Positions 1 through 12,400 of a DNA stretch of 64,000 nt are shown in pieces. The stretch's first letter is position 1, and each line of letters starts with the position of its first letter. The position numbers and the translations under genes are program-made. Where the stretch lies: NCBI RefSeq assembly GCF_009914755.1, contig NC_060930.1. One strand, given 5' to 3'. The stretch is from the human T2T-CHM13v2.0 reference genome, Homo sapiens. Below the pieces are notes generated by a model that saw only the letters and a program-made list of their open reading frames with translations, had not been told where the DNA came from and ran no database searches.

Positions 1-529
1 TGAGGGTCTGCAGGGTGATGGGGCTCTGTGTCCGCTGTGCATAATTTGAGGCACCTGGAAGAGTTCAAGTGGAAATAGAAACCAGCAGGCTCAACACCGC
101 TGAGCTCAGGAGGGAAGAGTGGCCTTGGGATGAAGAGCTGGAAGCCACCTGGCAGTAGAGAATGGTTGAAGCTGAGGGAGTGGCCCAAGCCCCCCAGAAA
201 ATCAGGACAAAGCAAGAGGAAAGCAGGAGGCCTAGGACAGAGACCTGAGGGGTGGCAAAGTGACAGACCTAGGCAGAAGGAGAGGAGGTGGCCAAGGAAG
301 TGGAAACCAAGTGAGAAGCCCAAGGCAGGAGGGCACGAGACCAGGTCCAACCTAAGGACTGAAAGTAGCACATGTGGATCTGGTGGCCAGCAAGAGGCAG
401 AAGGAACCTGACTGGAGCAGAGCCAGGGAGAATATAGGCTGAGTCTGGAGGAGGGCAGGCAGAGGCAGGACCTGGAGCATGGTCCTATGCTGGTGCTGGC
501 ACCTCCCACTCACCAGGGCCAACTGCTAC

Positions 530-882
530 CATATTAGTTCGTTTGCCACTGCTATAAATAACTGCCCAAGACTGGGTAATTTATAAAGAAAAGAGGTTTA
601 ATTGACTCACAGTTTCACATGACTGGGGAAGCCTCAGGAAACTTACAATCATGGTGGAAGGGGAAGCAGGCACGTCCTACATGGTGGCAGGTAAGAGAAG
701 AGCAAGGAAAATTACCACTTATAAATCCATCAGATCTCATGGGAACTCACTCACTATCACGAGAACAGCATGGGGAAACCTCCCCAACAATCCAGTCACC
801 TCCCACCAGGTCCCTCCCTCAACATGTGGGGATTACAATTCGAGATGAGATTTGGGTGGATAGACAGAGCCAAACCATATCA
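530..882 (-). mobile_element. MaLR LTR (MSTA/THE1-type) solo LTR
   Basis: Typical MST/THE1 motifs (gactgggtaatttataaagaaaagaggtttaattgactcacag ... gagatttgggtgg ... ccaaaccatatca); 5-bp TSD GCTAC at 525-529 and 883-887. Confidence 0.85.
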
Positions 883-887
883 GCTAC

Positions 888-1240
888 ATTTTCAAGAATT
901 TTGTAAGCCAGTCATCAAGCACAGATATCATCAAAAAGTAAAGAATATGAAATATATGAGAAATAGAGGCAATAAATGCCCAACACTCATCAGTCCCTAA
1001 TTCAGCTACTACACCTTCAGTATTACCTGTGCTCCTGAGATTGTGTCTGCTGCATCTTTATGGTGGAAGCCCCATTGATGGGGCTCCTGCATCACTTCCC
1101 AGTGGCCCAGGCAGGGATGTTGTGTCAGTAGCCTGAAGGGCCCACAGTGGGAGCATTTAAACCATGCACATTGGCAGATGCTGCCAATCAGGGCTTGATT
1201 GCCCAAAGAGGGTTGTTAGGCATTTACCAGCACACCACTA
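888..1240. mobile_element. Possible MER63-like hAT DNA transposon remnant
   Basis: Ends in atttaccagcacaccact, resembling the MER63 terminal inverted repeat as recalled; left boundary uncertain. Confidence 0.35.
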
Positions 1241-1912
1241 GGCTACAAAGAAGTGGAGAAAATAGGGGAGGGTGGCTTTTCAAGAAGTTTGGCTCTAAAG
1301 AGCAGAAAAAGAAAGGATGGTAATGGAAGGATGAGGTGAGATTGAGAGAAGGCTGGTCAAACAGGAAAGGTCTGAATGTGTTTGAAAGCTTCTCCCAATA
1401 GGTTGAAGATACTGGAGGAAGGGTTGATCCCTACAGTGAGGAGCCCAAAGAGACAGGCCTAGGAGAAGGCTGGTCCCGGAGTAGACACCAGGACAAGCTT
1501 TCCACTGTAAGGTAACAGGAGGAATCGGAGGGAGAGGGGCAGGTAAGTGAGAGTGTCAGTGAGCGGGCGCAGAGGGGACTCCCCTCCAGCACTTCTGTTT
1601 CCCTGTGATGCAGGAGAGGAGGCCTTGGGTGTTGGACCCTAAGAAGGAACTCAGTCAATCACTGTGAGATGTGTGAGTGAACACATGGCTGCCAGGTATA
1701 CAGGGGCCGTGGTGCTACTCAGGGTTTGAGGAAGGGAGAGAACCTTTGAAGCTGTGGTAAGGGAGAGCTGGGGCATTGATCTGGGATGCAGAGGTTGCTG
1801 TGGTTGAGAGCTACTCTAGTGAGCAACATGGTGGCTTCAGAGTGAGCAGGCCCATGGGAGAGGGCCCAGCTGTGTCTTCCTGGAGCGGTAACACCTTTCC
1901 CCTATTCCATAG

Positions 1913-2012
1913 GTATCCTGGCATCCATCTGTGGTGGCCTTGTGATGCTTTTGCCTGAAACCAAGGGTATTGCCTTGCCAGAGACAGTGGATGATGTAGA
2001 AAAACTTGGCAG
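1913..2012 (+). CDS. SLC22A3: SLC22A3 (OCT3) penultimate coding exon
   Basis: AG at 1911-1912, GT at 2013-2014; 100 nt encoding [33 protein letters not shown](S), with the SLC22 LPETKG-x-LPET motif after the last TM helix; phase matches the next exon. Confidence 0.96.
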
Positions 2013-2499
2013 GTACTGTACAAAATTCAATGCACCCTAAATAAAAGCAATATTTAAAACCACGGGGGAAAGAATGACATTGAGAAAATTGAATATCCAC
2101 AGGGAAAAAAATAAGAATAAATCCTCATCTCATATTGTAAGCAAAAAATTCAAAGTAGATACAAAAGGTTAACATAAAAAAAACCCTCCAGAGCTAGATA
2201 AGAGTATGCATTGTTTTTTTTAATGTGGTTGTGAAGAGAGAAGCATTTTCACGTAAGGTGCTAAGACTCAGAAGTGATCTAAAGGCAGGAACTGCTGATG
2301 TGGGAAAGTGGAAATTGCTGGGACATACAGCAGCAGGGGATTAACAGTGTGGCTTACTCTACAGAGTGAGGATGCGTCAGGTCTGTCTAGATGGAATGGC
2401 ATAGGCAGGTTTTCAAGACTGACTACAAAGTGAAATGTCACTGAACAACATGTTATAGTATTTATAAAAAACTAAAACCAAAGGTGTTTTCTCTCTGCA

Positions 2500-2765
2500 G
2501 CTGGATAGGAAGACAGATGACACACAGATGATAGATAATAGGTAGATGATAGATAATAGGTAGATGGATGATAGATAGATATAATAGATGATAATCATAG
2601 ATAGATAAGTGATAGTAGATAAATGATAAATAATAGATGATAGATGATAGATAGATACAGATAGATAAATAGACAGGTAGATGATAGGTAATGTCTGGAT
2701 AGATAGGTGGATAGATAAATAGATAATAGATGATAGATAATAAACATTAGTAGGAAGATAGAGAG
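2500..2765 (+). repeat. Degenerate (GATA/GATAG)n microsatellite
   Basis: Repeated gataga/tagat units directly visible. Confidence 0.9.
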
Positions 2766-3881
2766 ATTGAGTTTTGGAGGGGGGTGTTTAAATAGGGTAT
2801 AAGTAAAACTAATACCCAGCCAATATATTAACATGAGGAGTAATGTCAAGAAAAATTCACATTACACAAATTCTAATTGTTTGAAATTTTTTCATTAAAA
2901 CATAGAGATATGAATATGAGAATGTATAGTACAAGATGTAAAATATTAATATGTGCCCTCTGTGGACACAAATGGGCTGGGAAGAGGGGTAGGGAAGGGA
3001 GGACCATCACTTTCTTGCCAGAGACTTCCATACTGTTTGATTTTCTTTAAAAATTAGAACACGTAGTCTTGTGTTGCTTGTGTAGTTTTAAAAAATGATG
3101 TAACAGCTAATTTAACAACTAAAAAGCAATCTTAATAATGACTTAGGAATTAAGAACATGGAGCTCTAAATATTTTTAATATATAAAAAATCCTGAGGAA
3201 CAGCTTTCTTCCCTTTGATTCTATTCCACTGACTGCCTTCTGTTTACACAATGAGAGTGATGCTTTCATTCTTTATCCCCAAACCAATCAGGATCAGATT
3301 TGCAAACTCATCAGGAAAAAATGGAAGAAAAGGGAGTCCTCTGAAATCAAGACTTTTCTACTGCTTCAGTAACATTAAAAATAAACAGCTAGGAGAGGTT
3401 TTTTTGTTTTTGTTTTTGTTTGTTTTTGGCTTGGGGAGTGTGGGTGGAAGGGGGTTGTCTAAATGGTGTGCAAGGAAAATCAATACCCAACTAACATATA
3501 AACATGAAGGATTATACCAGCAAAAATTTAAGGTACCCAGATTCTTTCTAATTTTTTTCTGTTTATAATTTTTCATAATGAAAAGTTGGGTACATTAATT
3601 AATTATACCTAGTCTCTATACATGAAAAAAAATCTAGTAGAAGTATGGTTTACAGTGCTACAATTTAAGCACATTAATTGTGATCCATGGTTATTTACTC
3701 TACAAAAATTACTTAGTGCTAAATTACTAAAACTTGCTAGCATTTCCCTTTTAAAAATCACACTGGATTATTTTATCGTTTCTGCTGGTTTTTGTTCATG
3801 TTAACAGCTCATTTCCAAATATATGTTAATTCAGTAGAAGTTCATAAAGAACTTAAATGCTATAATGCTAACAAACCCCTG

Positions 3882-5005
3882 TATCAGAGGAACCAGCCCC
3901 CAATATTTCAGCATAGGTTCTATTTTCCATAAGTGTTGGCCAGCTGAGAAATAAAAAGAGTACAAAGAGAGGAATTTTACAGCTGGGCCGCTGGGGGTGA
4001 CATCACATATCGGTAGGACTGTGATGCCCACCTGAGCCTTAAAGCCAGCAAGTTTTTATTAAGGGTTTCAAAAGGGGAGGGGGTGTAAGAACAGGGAGTA
4101 GGTACAAAGATCACATGCTTCAAAGGGCAAAAAGGAGAACAAAGATCACAAGGCAAAGGGCAAAAACAAACATCACAAGACAAAGAGCAAAAGCAGAATG
4201 ACTGAAAAGGGTCTATGTTCAGCGGTGCATGTATTGTCTTGATAAACATCTTAAACAACAGAAAACAGGGTTCTAGAGCAGAGAACTGGTCTGACCTCAA
4301 ATTTACCAGGGCGGGGTTTCCCAATCCTAGTAAGCCTGAGGGTACTGCAGGAGGCCAGGGTGTATTTCAGTCCTTATCTCAACCGCATAAGGCAGACTCT
4401 CCCAGTGCGACTGTTTATAGACCTCCCCCTAGGAACGCATTCCTTTCCCAGGGTCTTAATTATTAATATTCCTTGCTAGGAAAAGACTTCAGCAATATCT
4501 TCCCTACTTGCACATCCATTTATAGGCTCTCTGCAAGAAGAAAAATATGGCTGTATTCTGCCCGATCCCACAAGCAGTCAGACCTTATGGTTGTCTTCTC
4601 TTGTTCCCTGAAAATCGCTGTTACTCTGTTCTATTTCAAGGTGCACTGATTTCATATTGTTCAAACACACATGTTTTATAATCAATTTGTACAGTTAACA
4701 CAGTAGTGGTCCTGAGTGACATACATCCTCAGCTTACAAAGATAACAGGATTAAGAGATTAAGGTAAGAGATGCATAAGAAATTATAAAAGTATTAATTT
4801 TGGGAACTGATAAATGTCCATATTAAAATGAAATATTCACAATTTATGTTCAGAGATTGAAGTAAAGACAGGCATAAGAAATTATAAAAGTATTAATTTG
4901 GGGAACTGATAAATGTCCATATCAAAATGAAATCTTCACAATTTATATTCCTCTGCTGTGGCTCCAGCTGGTCCCTCCATTCAGGGTCCTTGACTTCCTG
5001 CAACA
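3882..5005 (-). mobile_element. MER11-family (HERV-K11/HML-8) solo LTR
   Basis: Minus-strand termini TGTTGCAGGAAGTCAAGGACCC ... GGCTGGTTCCTCTGATA match recalled MER11 ends; perfect 6-bp TSD CCCCTG at 3876-3881 and 5006-5011; internal ~99-bp tandem duplication around 4754-4950. Confidence 0.9.
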
Positions 5006-5189
5006 CCCCTGTCTAAGGTCTGAACACAGACAAAAAATGATCCTGGAGACAGATATTGTTGTTACCTTAGAGTTGGGTTTTCATGAATGTATTTGATCAA
5101 AACCAGCTATACTATTAAATAATAACAGAACACCCTCTTCTAACTAGTTACATAATCTTTCCTAAAGACTTTCTCCTTTGTTTTTTCAG

Positions 5190-5250
5190 TCCACATTCCT
5201 GTAAATGTGGCAGGAATAAGAAAACCCCAGTTTCCCGCTCTCACCTTTGA
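5190..5250 (+). CDS. SLC22A3: SLC22A3 last coding exon (C-terminus and stop)
   Basis: Polypyrimidine tract and AG at 5188-5189; encodes (S)[22 protein letters not shown], the OCT3 C-terminus. Confidence 0.96.
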
Positions 5251-6640
5251 GGCCCCCGACAAAGACAGAAAGAAGGAGCTATCCAGGAGCTGATCCTCCT
5301 TGCAAAGCTGTGTCTTGCAGAGATGCACGTGTGCATTTCAGCTACATCATGCCGCGCTGTTGTAATACTGTATAAAGACCTCAATCTATCCAGAGTATTT
5401 TTATATAATGTTGGATGAGTTAGGATTTGTAATGCTGTTGAAGTTTCTGGGAACACATAATATGTAGCCAGTTTAACAAAGAAGCTGTCAGGTGCACAGC
5501 CCTTCCTGGGTTTTTTTCTTGTGTTCCCTGTGGTCTCTGACCCATTAGGCTAAAGAGAGACAAGAGAAGCCCCCAACCTGATTCTCATGACAGCTCCATC
5601 AAGAATGTGGGATGTGCCGACCAAGGATTTGAGAAAGTTGTACAGAAATGTGTTCATCAAATCTGGTCAAGGGACTAAGCTCCTAGCTGACCATTCATTC
5701 TGAAGATTGCATGGAGGATGAACATCTGGGAATCCTGTTAATGAGAAGGCTGAATCACAGGCACCTGGGCCAAAGGGTGTGAGCATTCATGTTCTCTGCT
5801 CACCTTGGTTTCCACACACCTTCGCAATGTGAACAGGTCAGGAGTCCCTCCCGTCCACCTCCTCTGTAACAGCTGGGGTTCCAGGCATGGTTTAGGCCCT
5901 GTTCCAGCAATAAGAACCAATCTGCTGTACAATCTGAGGACTTGGCTCTGTTATTTACAAAATGATGCTGTGGTTCTGAGATTATTTGGGACATTTTTGG
6001 CTCTCCTTTAGTGGACACCTAGAGCCACAGATTCCCTTCTTTACTAAACAAATCCCATGGATTCTGATTTCTGGGTCTTAGGATTTTAAAAGTGAAGGGA
6101 TATTTTTCTTATATTTGTGAGTTCAGTTCCGATGGTGCCCGTGGTCAAAAGCGAAAAACATGGACAATTCCTATTCATTCTTAGCACTTTGACATGTCTT
6201 GGGGAAAAGCTTACATTTTAATTTAAAAGAAAGATCAATTATATCCATGCTTAACAGGATCAGCAGGAGCTTTATAAATGACTTTACAGAGACTAATAAG
6301 GGATTTGATCTTTCTTTTTTTGTTATCGAGGCTTTTGAAATGTGGAACTTGTGTGTTCTGCTTTATATGTTATATTCAATATCTTTTCAGATGCAGTCTA
6401 TATTTTATGCTGAGTTTTAAAAATGAAATACTTTATGCAAACAGGCAAAATTGGTACCAAAGGGAAACATTAACCATGAGGAAGAGCATTTTTCTAAGGA
6501 GAACAGGTGACAATATACACATGTGCGCTAATCGTAAAATGAGCATCTTAGTCTTTAAAACACATCAGAATTGAATACGAATAATCTATTTGTCGATGAA
6601 ATAAACACAACTCTTTGAGGATTTGAGACTACATTCACCC

Positions 6641-6646
6641 TTTATT
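6641..6646 (-). terminator. Candidate distal polyA signal of the PLG-like 3' UTR
   Basis: TTTATT on + strand = AATAAA on - strand, in a context (gactgtgAATAAAgggtgaatgtag) that I recall from the long PLG 3' UTR. Confidence 0.45.
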
Positions 6647-6747
6647 CACAGTCACTTGCAGTTTTGCTTTTCTCTGCATTTCTCTGCTGTAAGATGACTG
6701 TTGCATTGTTGAATTGTATTTTGAGTGGATATTTTTGTTTGGTAACA

Positions 6748-6753
6748 ATTAAA
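6748..6753 (+). terminator. Candidate SLC22A3 polyadenylation signal ATTAAA (alternative AATAAA 6600-6605)
   Basis: Hexamer preceded by U-rich sequence and followed by U/GU-rich sequence. Confidence 0.55.
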
Positions 6754-7411
6754 ATTTTAAATCGTAAAAAATGTACATTTGCCCTTTCTCTTCCTTCTAA
6801 ACATGTGTCTCTCCCACAGGTCATTCTCCTGTGACACGTGTACTGCAGAGTGTTTCAAAACCGGGCAGGCAATTAGCAATGGGAAATAAGTGGTCCACCT
6901 TCAATATTTGCTTGTTGTTCATTTACATGCTCTTGGCACCAATCCTAGACTCACGTGTGCCCCAGAATAACATTCAGACTCTCAGCTGGTCTTGTGTTAC
7001 ACATCCATGGACCGGTTCACTCCATCATATACAGCTCTCTGCTCCGTGTCCCCTGGGCTCAAGTCAAGCAGTCGGTGACAGATTTCATTCCCAATAACAG
7101 AATCGGTTTGCATGACTCCCCATACATGTTGCAGCTTTGAAAACATTCATCTCAGAGTTAGGTATAAAGACATAAAAATGTGTGTCAAGCCCTCGTTAGC
7201 TGATGAGGTAAATGCATGGACAACTTCCTAGGACTTCTCGGCTCTGCCCTCTGTGACCTTGCAGCCTGCTCAGGTCTTTGTGCTCTGTTCCTTATCAAAA
7301 ACAGCACAACCCCCTCAATCTGCCCATTTAAAAATTGGTGGAGTGAACAAAGAGCATGAAAATGTTGAAGACCACAACCAAAATTTACTCAAATCAAAGT
7401 TAAGTACAGAG

Positions 7412-7417
7412 TTTATT
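7412..7417 (-). terminator. PolyA signal of the PLG/LPA-type terminal exon
   Basis: AATAAA in ttgttaaaAATAAActctgtacttaac, about 200 nt after the TAA, the same context as the PLG/LPA mRNA ends as recalled. Confidence 0.75.
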
Positions 7418-7618
7418 TTTAACAAATGTCATAGCTATGTCACCTTACTACAGAATCCAGCAGTCAGAAAATAACACAAAAAATGCCGAGGTTTGGCGTA
7501 GCTGGTAGCTGGGGACAGTGTCTTCGTTTGATTACTGCCAGTTATTTCCAGCATGCTAAATCCCTACCCACGTTCCAGCCTCTAGGTGAGTCAGTGCGTC
7601 ACTCTGTCTCCCGTCCAA

Positions 7619-7780
<162 letters not shown>

Positions 7781-8417
7781 CTAAATAGAGGTAGGGAAAA
7801 ATTCATGTGAGGGTTAGGCTGCCAGCCTTTTATTGTGGCATCCATCTATTGTCCATATGTATATTTTCCCAGTAATTGAAATTGGAAAGGAACTTATGGG
7901 CATATTACTGGAGCATCTGCAGTGCTTAAGTACTTAGCAAAATCTATTCAGCGAAACCACACCACTTAGTTTCTCCCAGGGGTAAAAAAAACCCTTGTGA
8001 ATCCTGCACACATCCCTTCCTGTGTTGGTGTTTCCTTTAGACTGGCCTAGCCTGGGCATCACTGTAAAGTATGTGCAGTTGGTCTCTGTCCTGTACCCTC
8101 TACCTCCTTCCCTGTCGGAAAAGTCACCACTTTAGTCCCTGGCCACCAGCACACCCCAGGAGGGTGAGTGGCCTGAGGTAGTTACGGCACTTAAAACTCC
8201 CTTGCTACCGATCTGGAACTCAAGCCCCAAGACATCCCCTTAGATGATCTGAATACGCATTCAGGGACAGATCTAGGCAGTTTCTAAACAACACTTAGAC
8301 TGGGGTCTAACGTTGACAAATCCTTCTAGAATTTGCCTCTTTGGGACTGAAGTCTAAGGGGCTGAGACCAAGAAGGGAGAGCACAAGACTAACTTTGGTC
8401 TCTTGACCTTTTCTTAC

Positions 8418-8564
8418 CTTGCAACTGTCAGTGCCTCCAGCCAAATGCCTAGCACAGAGCTCAGTGGATTTGATTCTTCCATTCAGATACTCATAGCGAT
8501 TGCACACTTTATTCTCAATCACAAGAAGCTGGGGCTTCCTTGAGAAGGCCAGCCCCAAAGGTAC
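8418..8564 (-). pseudogene. LPAL2: Protease exon (PLG exon 18 equivalent) with +1 frameshift
   Basis: AG/GT bounded, 147 nt; [11 protein letters not shown] then an extra C (gggg at 8531-8534); the other frame reads [38 protein letters not shown]. Confidence 0.92.
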
Positions 8565-9029
8565 CTGTGTTTAAAAGATGAAAGAAATGGTTGCTGAACC
8601 CAAAACATGTTTAGGAGGAAAACCAGAAGAACAGAGCAGTGGCACTGGACCTCCTGTCTGTCCGTGAGGCTGCAGAACACAAGGCAGCTCCCAATGCCGC
8701 TGGACTCTCTGACCTTGGAGAGTGTAAACATCATATATGATTCTGTGTTCCTGAGATCTGGGTTTAACGATCTGGGCTTTGTCATGGTGTTTTACGTTCG
8801 TTGTTGTTTGTGTACTTTTTGCTTTTCTTTTGAAAGTATGAAAATGATTTTTACAATGTAAAGAGAGTCTGAGAAATGCAATTGCTATTCTTTTTATATA
8901 CTTTTTCAGATTTTTTATATGCTTCTTTACTACTTACATCATAATGCACAATTTTATATACTGATTTTTTCAATCAATGTATATCATGAGTTTTTAAAAT
9001 AATGCTACAATCTTCATAACTAATATTTT

Positions 9030-9205
9030 AATGGGGAGTGACTGCTTAATTGGCATGAGGTTTCCTTTTGAGATGAGGAAAATGTTCTGAAAATATGGTG
9101 ATGGTTGCACACCATTGTGAATGTACTGAATGCCATTCAGTGGTACCCTGCAAAATAATTAAAATCCTAACTCTTATGTTGTGTATATTTTATTGCAATA
9201 AAAAG
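9030..9205 (+). mobile_element. Old L1M (L1MB-like) 3' end with polyA signal
   Basis: gggagtgactgcttaat...gtttccttttgagatgaggaaaatgttctg...ggtgatggttgcacacc...tatattttattgcAATAAAaa, typical of L1M 3' termini. Confidence 0.7.
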
Positions 9206-9234
9206 AATAGTCGTCATTTACTAAGAATTAACCT

Positions 9235-9400
9235 TTTCAGGCACAAGCTCTTAATGTGGTGTATCTCACTTCATCCTCACAACCGTCCTATGAAACAGGC
9301 ACTTTTATCATTCCTGTTCTACAGCTGAGGAAACTGAGGTGTAAGGAGGTTGTGTAGTTCAGCTTGAGCCTGGGTCTGCGGAGTCACTGCCCAAATGCTT
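9235..9400 (-). mobile_element. MIR SINE fragment
   Basis: cctcacaaccgtcctatg...ctacagctgaggaaactgagg MIR core. Confidence 0.65.
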
Positions 9401-10819
9401 CCTCCCCGTGCACACTGGCCCCACTCTTGCTTCCAATCTTCCACATGTTTGTTCATAAAGTTCATTCTCGTTTCTTTTCTGAAGTCTAAGTTCCCATAAT
9501 TATGTTGACATATTTCCATCTCGCGGTAACACTCCCAAATTATTTTCTAAAAGTGCGTGACAGTATAAAATGTTACTGGAAACAATTCTCCTCACCCTTG
9601 TGAGTATTCAATTTTTAAAAGATTAGCTAACATAGTAGGTGGAAATTGTCCTGATTCATTTTCTGATTTACACTTCCTTGACAATTAGGGAGAAGAAATA
9701 CAACTAGGGACAATTCTCCTAGTTGTAGTTTTTCTTTTGTGAAAAACTGCTTTATTTCCTTTGCCAAATTGAAACAGAACATCTGCTAAACTGCCAGAGG
9801 GAATGCTGTTTTTCCAGATGGACACGCCAAGGATGTCTCAGTGCTCTCACAAATAATCGTTTTCCAATTTTGCAAGCCCAGCTTTGATTAGAATTTCTCA
9901 AAATATTTTGCTTTGCGAGCATGACACAGGCAAAAGCTGAGGCACTCTTTCTTTCTTCCCCCAAAGTGTTGGACTGCACTTAGATCATTGTCTCAGGTTC
10001 AGAAAACTGACACTGAATCTGGAGTTTACATGAGCAGCGTAGAAGAGGCTCTTCCCAGAGCCTGGCTCCAGAGCCCAGCTCAGCCCTAGCCGGGAAGGAG
10101 CTGCATGGAGGAAGCTCCTCCTGGCTACCAAGCATCGGGCAGGGGGTGCATGACGTGGACTGTGTAGATGGGTGAGGGAGCACCCTTTTCAAAATATTTT
10201 GCTGAAAATTAAGTTAGATATCACTGCTCTCAGATCTGCTCTCAGAGCAAGGCAAACATCCTGATCAGGAGGTAAACCCACCACTAGTTGCCAGGAAATT
10301 GACGCGGTCTGTGAGTATGTGCTGCCATCCAGTGGCCAATGTAGAGATGGCACCTCTGAGGGCGGGGGGCCACGGGTGACCTTGAGGATTGAAGCCCTCC
10401 CTGATTGGGTCCTGGGGAGAGGGCCACAAGATTAGCCCAGTGATTGTGGATGGGGCTGACACGGAAGAGCCCCTTGGCCTCAACACCTACTCTGCATTTG
10501 GAATATCCAAGTCAAGGAAGGTCTGGAAACATGAAGGGGAGAGGGGGAGAATTTCGACCTCCCTCTGAGAAGCTGAGAACACCCATTGATCTGATGTCAT
10601 CAACATATAGAAAATCGATAAACAGATCTGAGTTATGTTTTGTGACTCCTCCTGGTCTAGTTAGTGTTCTGAGAATCATTTTCTCAGTGGACATGTGGGT
10701 GAGACCAGAGGAGACAGGGAGCCAGTGCAGGATGGTGGTTAGAAATGTGCAGAAGGGGGTGGGAGAGAGGACACAGCGAGTGGGCTCTGGGGTCAAGGCC
10801 CGGTTACACGCCGGTTATG

Positions 10820-12270
10820 TGATGTTTATTTATGATGATAGTGGTGATAGTGATGGTGATAGTAGTGATAATAGTGATGATGGTGGTGGTGATGATGGTT
10901 GTGGTAATGATAATGGTGATGGTGGTGGTGATGGTGATGATGGTGGTGGTAGTGATAATGGCAATGGTGGTGATGGTGATGGTGGTAGTAGTGGTAGTAC
11001 TGATGATGGTGGTGATGACGGTGATGATGTTGAGGGTGATGTAATAGTGACGGTGGTGGAATGGTGGTGATGGTGATTGTGGTAGTAGTGGTAGTGGTAG
11101 TAATGACGGTGGTGGCAATGGTGACGGTGGTGATGATGTTGAGAGTGATGATAATGGTGATGGTGGTGGAATGGTGGTGATGGTGATGGTGGTGGTAGTG
11201 GTAGTAATGATGATGATGGCGGTGATGATGGCGGTGGTGATGGTGATGGTGGTGATGATGTTGAGAATGATGATAATGGTGATGGTGGTGGAATGGTGGT
11301 GATGGTGATGGCGGTGGTAGTGGTAGTGATGATGATGGCGGTGATGATGGCGGTGGTGATGGTGATGGTGGTGGTGATGTTGAGAGTGATGATAATGGTG
11401 ATGGTGGTGGAATGGTGGTGATGGTGATGGCGGTGGTAGTGGTAGTGATGATGATGGCGGTGATGATGGCAGTGGTGATGGTGATGGTGGTGATGATGTT
11501 GAGAGTGATGATAATGGTGATGGTGGTGATGGTGATGATGGTGGTAGTGGTAGTAATGATGATGGTGGTGATGATGGCGGTGGTGATGGTGGTGGTGATG
11601 TTGAGAGTGATGGTAATGGTGATGGTGGTGCAATGGTGTGATGGTGATGGTGGTAGTGGTAGTAGTAATGATGGTGGTGCTGATGGTGATGGTGGTGGTG
11701 ATGTTGAGAGTGATGATAATGGTGATGGTGGTGGAATGGTGGTGATGGTGATGGTGGTGGTAGTGGTAGTAATGATGATGATGGCGGTGATGATGGCGGT
11801 GGTGATGGTGATGGTGGTGATGATGTTGAGAGTGATGATAATGGTGATGGTGGTGGAATGGTGGCGATGGTGATGGCGGTGGTAGTGGTAGTGATGATGA
11901 TGGCGGTGATGATGGCGGTGGTGATGGTGATGGTGGTGATGATGTTGAGAGTGATGATAATGGTGATGGTGGTGGAATGGTGGTGATGGTGATGGTGGTG
12001 GTAGTGGTAGTGATGATGATGGCGGTGATGATGGCGGTGGTGATGGTGGTGGTGATGTTGAGAGTGATGATAATGGTGATGGTGGTGGAATGGTGGTGAT
12101 GGTGATGGCGGTGGTAGTGGTAGTAATGATGATGATGGCGGTGGTGATGGTGATGATGGTGATGGTGGTGGAATGGTGGTGATGGTAATGGTAGTAATGA
12201 TGATGACGGTGGTGGTGATGATGTTGATGGGGAGGATGATGATAAGTGGTGGACGGGGATGACGGCGATG
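10820..12270. repeat. Complex (GGT/GAT/AGT)n VNTR with ~102-122 bp higher-order unit
   Basis: Landmark GTTGAG at 11029, 11138, 11260, 11379, 11498, 11600, 11703, 11825, 11944, 12057. Confidence 0.95.
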
Positions 12271-12279
12271 ATTAATAAC

Positions 12280-12400
12280 CCTAATCCTCACAATGACCTT
12301 ATATGTAAGTACAGATGAGAAAGCTGAGGCTAAAAGAGATTAAATAACTGCCCAACGTCACATGGAATATGGGAGAGACAGAACTCACACCCGGATCCTT
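12280..12400 (-). mobile_element. MIR SINE fragment
   Basis: aatcctcacaatgacc...acagatgagaaagctgaggctaaaagagattaaataactgcccaacgtcaca MIR core. Confidence 0.6.

Larger units (their letters stand above)
5251..6775 (+). other. SLC22A3: SLC22A3 3' UTR (proximal form; possibly extends to ~9220)
   Basis: Follows the stop codon; AATAAA at 6600-6605 and ATTAAA at 6748-6753; a further AATAAA at 9197-9202. Cleavage sites cannot be fixed from sequence alone. Confidence 0.7.

Noticed and set aside
130-1800. Short ORFs in the SLC22A3 intron and similar 60-130 aa ORFs elsewhere
   Set aside because: No recognisable domains or splice structure; most overlap repeats or paralogous intron sequence.
11029-12100. 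CRISPR-like array (regularly spaced GTTGAGAGTGATGATAATGG)
   Set aside because: Intervening sequences are near-identical low-complexity triplets, not unique spacers; mammalian context with no cas genes.
10804-12291. 495-aa His/Pro/Thr-rich ORF and overlapping ORFs as a real gene
   Set aside because: Explained by a CAC/CAT repeat strand that cannot form stop codons; non-ATG start in the track and no domain structure.
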